From the IMG/VR virus record IMGVR_UViG_3300014205_000193: 24,633 bases of DNA. One strand, given 5' to 3'. Every line of letters starts with the position of its first letter. Position 1 is the first letter of the stretch. Positions 21,665 to 24,633 of this stretch are shown here, piece after piece. Source of the DNA: a virus. Lineage: Duplodnaviria > Heunggongvirae > Uroviricota > Caudoviricetes. A program made the position numbers and the translations under genes. Below the pieces are notes generated by a model, which ran no database searches, was not told the origin of the DNA, and worked only from the letters and a program-made list of their open reading frames with translations.

Positions 21665-23545
21665 TTATCTTGTGTGTAAATATCCTGGCACCAGTGCAGG
21701 AAGGTGTTCCAACACCTTGGGTAAATCTGACACTAGATAGTATTGTGGGGACACTCCTGCGGCTGTTGTGGCCACAATATCGTAGTTACCATTTTGCCCC
21801 TGTACTACCGCATAGTATCGTTGTTTTTCTATCACCGTACCATTTAATTTGGCGGCTGCTGCTTCTATCTCTGCATGATTTAGAAGCGCTACATTTTTAT
21901 AGCAGGCATATCGCCGCATGTTTTTAGGAAAATCTTTTATGGCTTCCACCACTTCTTGGCCATAAAAATAAACGTCGGAAGATACCAGATTGGGATCTGT
22001 AACAATATCCATGCGCAAGTCCTGGCCATAATGTATTGTCACCATCCTAAAGGATGGGTGAGTGTGTTGTATGGTTCCAGATAAAGCAATAGCCATACTA
22101 TTCACGATAGCCATATCTAATTTAGGAAGGGCAGCCTCTGTAGGTGTCGCAGTTGTTTTCACTGTCTTAGTTGCAGTCTCCGACTTAGGTTCTTTTTCTG
22201 TGCTTTCTTTTTTCTTTTTTGGAGTGCCTTCACTTGTGCTCAAGGTATCAATTAACTTAATGGTTATTAAATCCATGATCAACATATACTCCATAGGATA
22301 ATCCCGAATATACTTAAGTTGGTCGTAGAAGAAATCAATCCATTGCGCTACCCGAGAATCACCCACTTTATCTCGTTGAGCTTTAATTACCTGCCTTAGA
22401 TGGCTATCTACTATGACCCAATCCATTAACATATTTCGAACGTGTTCTAAGAGTCCCGTGACTATCACAGAAGGTGCGATACCCGCTTTTGTCCAGTTTC
22501 CAGAGATAGTACAGGCTCCTCGTGTATTTTTTTCGATAATATTATTGAAGTACGAGAGCACAGTATGGGGATCAATGGACTGGTATATGGCAGCGACATC
22601 TTCTTCAGTGACCTTGCCACTACGAATAAAACCTTCAAGGATAGTTTGCCCATCTCGGATACTACCACCAGCTGCCCGGACTATCTTGGCTAAAGCAGCG
22701 TCTTCGTAGGTAGCTCCTTCTTTTTTAATAATATCAGATAATACATTTGTTATTACTGTATCAGCTACTGCTGAAAAAGACACTGGAGTGCAGCGGCTCT
22801 TAATAGTGGCTATTACTTTCTGTATTTCAGTCGTACAGAAAATAAACATTACCCTCGGGGGAGGCGCTTCGATAGTCTTTAAAGAAGAGTCCCAGGCTGC
22901 TTTGGATAAGCCTTGGCACTCGTCTATGATAATTACTTTATAATGGTCATCAGGAACAACATATCGAATAGATGCCATGAGTTCACGTGTGTCATCGATC
23001 TTGCCTTTAGTGGACCCATCTACTTCAATGACATATTCCGAAGACTCAGCTATAATAGCCTTGCACGAAGAACAGACACCACAAGGATCTGCCCCCTCTC
23101 GCTGTTGACAGTTTAATGCCATGGCTACCAGTCTGGCTGATGTGGTTTTTCCGCATCCTCGCGTACCATAAAACAAATATGCAGGAGGCATGATACCTGA
23201 GTTGATTGAGGAGGTGAGAGTCTTAATACTACTGTCCTGGCCTATAACCTGACTAAATTTTAAAGGCCGATATTTTTTGGTAATGTTTGTGTTTTCCAAG
23301 GGTATTCTCCATGTTTTTAGTATCTTATTTTTATAATTTTCAGCTTCCACTTTGTTAACGAAAGGTCCCGCAACATCAAGGTCGAAAGGGATATCCAATT
23401 CTTCTGCGGATAGAATCTCTACCACAAACACAGAGTCAGACTCGCCATGAGAAAAGCAATACCAGCCTAACGGACTTTTTTGTACGGATGCTGGAGATGC
23501 TACTGTACTATCTCCACTTATTGCCCGTATGTCGCCGTCTTGCAT
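21665..23545 (-). CDS. dnaX: DNA polymerase III gamma/tau-like clamp-loader subunit with N-terminal extension and novel C-terminal domain
   Basis: KYRPLKFSQVIGQ, Walker A GTRGCGKTT, C...CGVCSSC Zn site, IIDEC, KTIEAPP, TIKSRC. Confidence 0.95.
   Translation of the reverse strand: MQDGDIRAISGDSTVASPASVQKSPLGWYCFSHGESDSVFVVEILSAEELDIPFDLDVAGPFVNKVEAENYKNKILKTWRIPLENTNITKKYRPLKFSQVIGQDSSIKTLTSSINSGIMPPAYLFYGTRGCGKTTSARLVAMALNCQQREGADPCGVCSSCKAIIAESSEYVIEVDGSTKGKIDDTRELMASIRYVVPDDHYKVIIIDECQGLSKAAWDSSLKTIEAPPPRVMFIFCTTEIQKVIATIKSRCTPVSFSAVADTVITNVLSDIIKKEGATYEDAALAKIVRAAGGSIRDGQTILEGFIRSGKVTEEDVAAIYQSIDPHTVLSYFNNIIEKNTRGACTISGNWTKAGIAPSVIVTGLLEHVRNMLMDWVIVDSHLRQVIKAQRDKVGDSRVAQWIDFFYDQLKYIRDYPMEYMLIMDLITIKLIDTLSTSEGTPKKKKESTEKEPKSETATKTVKTTATPTEAALPKLDMAIVNSMAIALSGTIQHTHPSFRMVTIHYGQDLRMDIVTDPNLVSSDVYFYGQEVVEAIKDFPKNMRRYACYKNVALLNHAEIEAAAAKLNGTVIEKQRYYAVVQGQNGNYDIVATTAAGVSPQYYLVSDLPKVLEHLPALVPGYLHTR
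22214..22220 (-). promoter_or_regulatory. Candidate -1 programmed ribosomal frameshift heptamer A_AAA_AAG in dnaX
   Basis: Codons CCA AAA AAG (P442-K443-K444); the -1 frame reads EKRKHRKRT then TAA at 22187-22185. Confidence 0.55.
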
Positions 23546-23639
23546 TTTTTCTCCACTTCTTAAATGCTATAAAACCCAGAAATACTGCAAAGATAACATT
23601 AAGAGCCAGTACTGCGGCCACAATATGGATAATGAACAT
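23508..23639 (-). CDS. 43-aa single-pass membrane peptide (MFIIHIVAAVLALNVIFAVFLGFIAFKKWRKNARRRHTGNKWR), not in ORF track
   Basis: AGGA 7 nt before ATG 23639; hydrophobic helix plus basic tail; fills the recA-dnaX gap, overlapping the dnaX start by 38 nt. Confidence 0.6.
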   Translation of the reverse strand: MFIIHIVAAVLALNVIFAVFLGFIAFKKWRKNARRRHTGNKWR

Positions 23640-23655
23640 GCAATATTCCTGTGTG

Positions 23656-24633
23656 TTAATCTACTAACAATTTTTGAGTATCTTTATTCCCATCAATGAA
23701 TTTATTAAAGGCTTCCGCACCTTGAATTTTATCATTTGGGAGTAATACCGCTGATTTGATCCAAGCACCATCTTTAGTTGCAAGACCCTTATTGATAGCA
23801 ATACTGAGCCAATCAATAGTACCTAGTTGAGATATTCCTCCCTTGAAATCAAGCAACAACATGCACTCTCTCTTTGGCGGGGCTAACTTATTCTTATCAG
23901 CGCATACTTTTATTTTTTGATGAGATACTTTTTTAAGCATATCCTCCACAAAGCCCATACGGGTAACCATGAATTGCAAGGCACAATGGAAATCCAAGGC
24001 TTTACCACCAACATGTTCCCACTCAGTCCAAGTCCTTCCGTTTTGACTTATTGTCTTTGCCTTTGCATGGTTAATATGTATCATGGTTGTGTTTGTGTCT
24101 GCGAGACATATCTTTTTTGCATCAGAACTTAGCTTAGCTTTTCCATGGTCTGCCGCAGGTGGCCAGTACCAACCGCCGGTGACACTTTTCAGAAATTCTG
24201 TTAAGAATTTTGCTAATGCATAGTTATCATTCATACTCAAGTCTTCATTATCTTTTTTCATAACCTGTTCAGGATTAAGTACGGCCACCGAATCGATGAT
24301 TATAATATTGGGAGTGAGTTCGCCCAAGGATAGATCTTCCTTAATCATAGCTGCAACTTCTTCTGCGGACAAGCCCCTAACTACAGTGGTTCTTCCAAAA
24401 CGCTGCACTCCTTTTTTAAAATCCTCATCACCGTCATCAGTCTCTTCACCAACATCAAGACCCATAGACTGCCCCCACTTTCTAGTGAAGGAAGACTCAA
24501 TATCATATATTTTGATTGTAATAGATGGGTCAAGTTTTTGAGCTGCTCCCGCCAAGTACATAGCTAAGGCTGTTTTTCCTGAGCTTTTAGGTCCATACAC
24601 TTCAATCATGCGACCTTGGGGTAAGCCACCAAT
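23656..24633 (-). CDS. recA: RecA/UvsX-like recombinase (5' end off-window)
   Basis: Frame stays open to the window end: GGLPQGRMIEVYGPKSSGKT, IIIIDSVAVL, GGKALDF, KNKLAPP; the Met at 24609 is internal. Confidence 0.95.
   Translation of the reverse strand: MGGLPQGRMIEVYGPKSSGKTALAMYLAGAAQKLDPSITIKIYDIESSFTRKWGQSMGLDVGEETDDGDEDFKKGVQRFGRTTVVRGLSAEEVAAMIKEDLSLGELTPNIIIIDSVAVLNPEQVMKKDNEDLSMNDNYALAKFLTEFLKSVTGGWYWPPAADHGKAKLSSDAKKICLADTNTTMIHINHAKAKTISQNGRTWTEWEHVGGKALDFHCALQFMVTRMGFVEDMLKKVSHQKIKVCADKNKLAPPKRECMLLLDFKGGISQLGTIDWLSIAINKGLATKDGAWIKSAVLLPNDKIQGAEAFNKFIDGNKDTQKLLVD

Noticed and set aside
2121-24541. Numerous short antisense or overlapping track ORFs (e.g. 2121-2417, 4180-4497, 5348-5587, 9792-9980, 14967-15275, 21430-21927, 24296-24541)
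   Set aside because: They lie within well-supported genes, lack RBSs or motifs, and look like shadow ORFs.
1-24633. Stop-codon reassignment
   Set aside because: Conserved genes are intact in code 11, and both TAG (dnaN, 10101, 10452) and TGA (sbcC) act as stops next to downstream starts.
17986-24633. Inteins or introns in polA, dnaX or recA
   Set aside because: Lengths and motif spacing are accounted for; no splice-junction motifs or interrupted frames seen in the visible parts.
8208-24633. Ordinary bacterial chromosome region
   Set aside because: recA, dnaX, dnaN, polA and infA are divergent and clustered in a non-bacterial order among many small unknown ORFs and a virion-type protein. 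A phage or other large mobile element fits better, though no capsid or terminase gene is in this window.

Overview
Most likely a 24.6-kb piece of a large dsDNA phage genome (standard code 11, roughly 40% GC), at the junction of two convergent modules. Left (+ strand, 1-5527): the 3' end of a gene with a Ser/Cys tandem repeat, a 1535-aa beta-helix/Asp-box beta-propeller virion-type adhesin, and a separately promoted 131-aa gene. Right (- strand, 5520-24633): a replication/recombination block (recA partial, dnaX-like clamp loader, dnaN-like clamp, UDG-PolA fusion, infA, SbcD, SbcC, stand-alone 5'-3' exonuclease). Interleaved with it is a dense putative regulatory block (NusG paralog, tandem sigma region-4-like HTH protein, two RHH-like proteins, Zn-binding small proteins, a ~172-nt structured RNA closed by a perfect 19-bp stem) and a secreted LamG-like protein with a T9SS/FlgD-type C-terminal sorting domain. 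Best leads: (1) a candidate phage-encoded 6S-like RNA within an apparent host-RNAP takeover cluster; (2) a phage dnaX with the A_AAA_AAG -1 frameshift heptamer exactly at the gamma/tau boundary plus a novel duplicated C-terminal domain, next to a family-A polymerase; (3) a phage-encoded T9SS cargo protein. No tRNA, rRNA, CRISPR array, integrase or transposase was seen. All family calls come from motif recognition by eye, not database searches.
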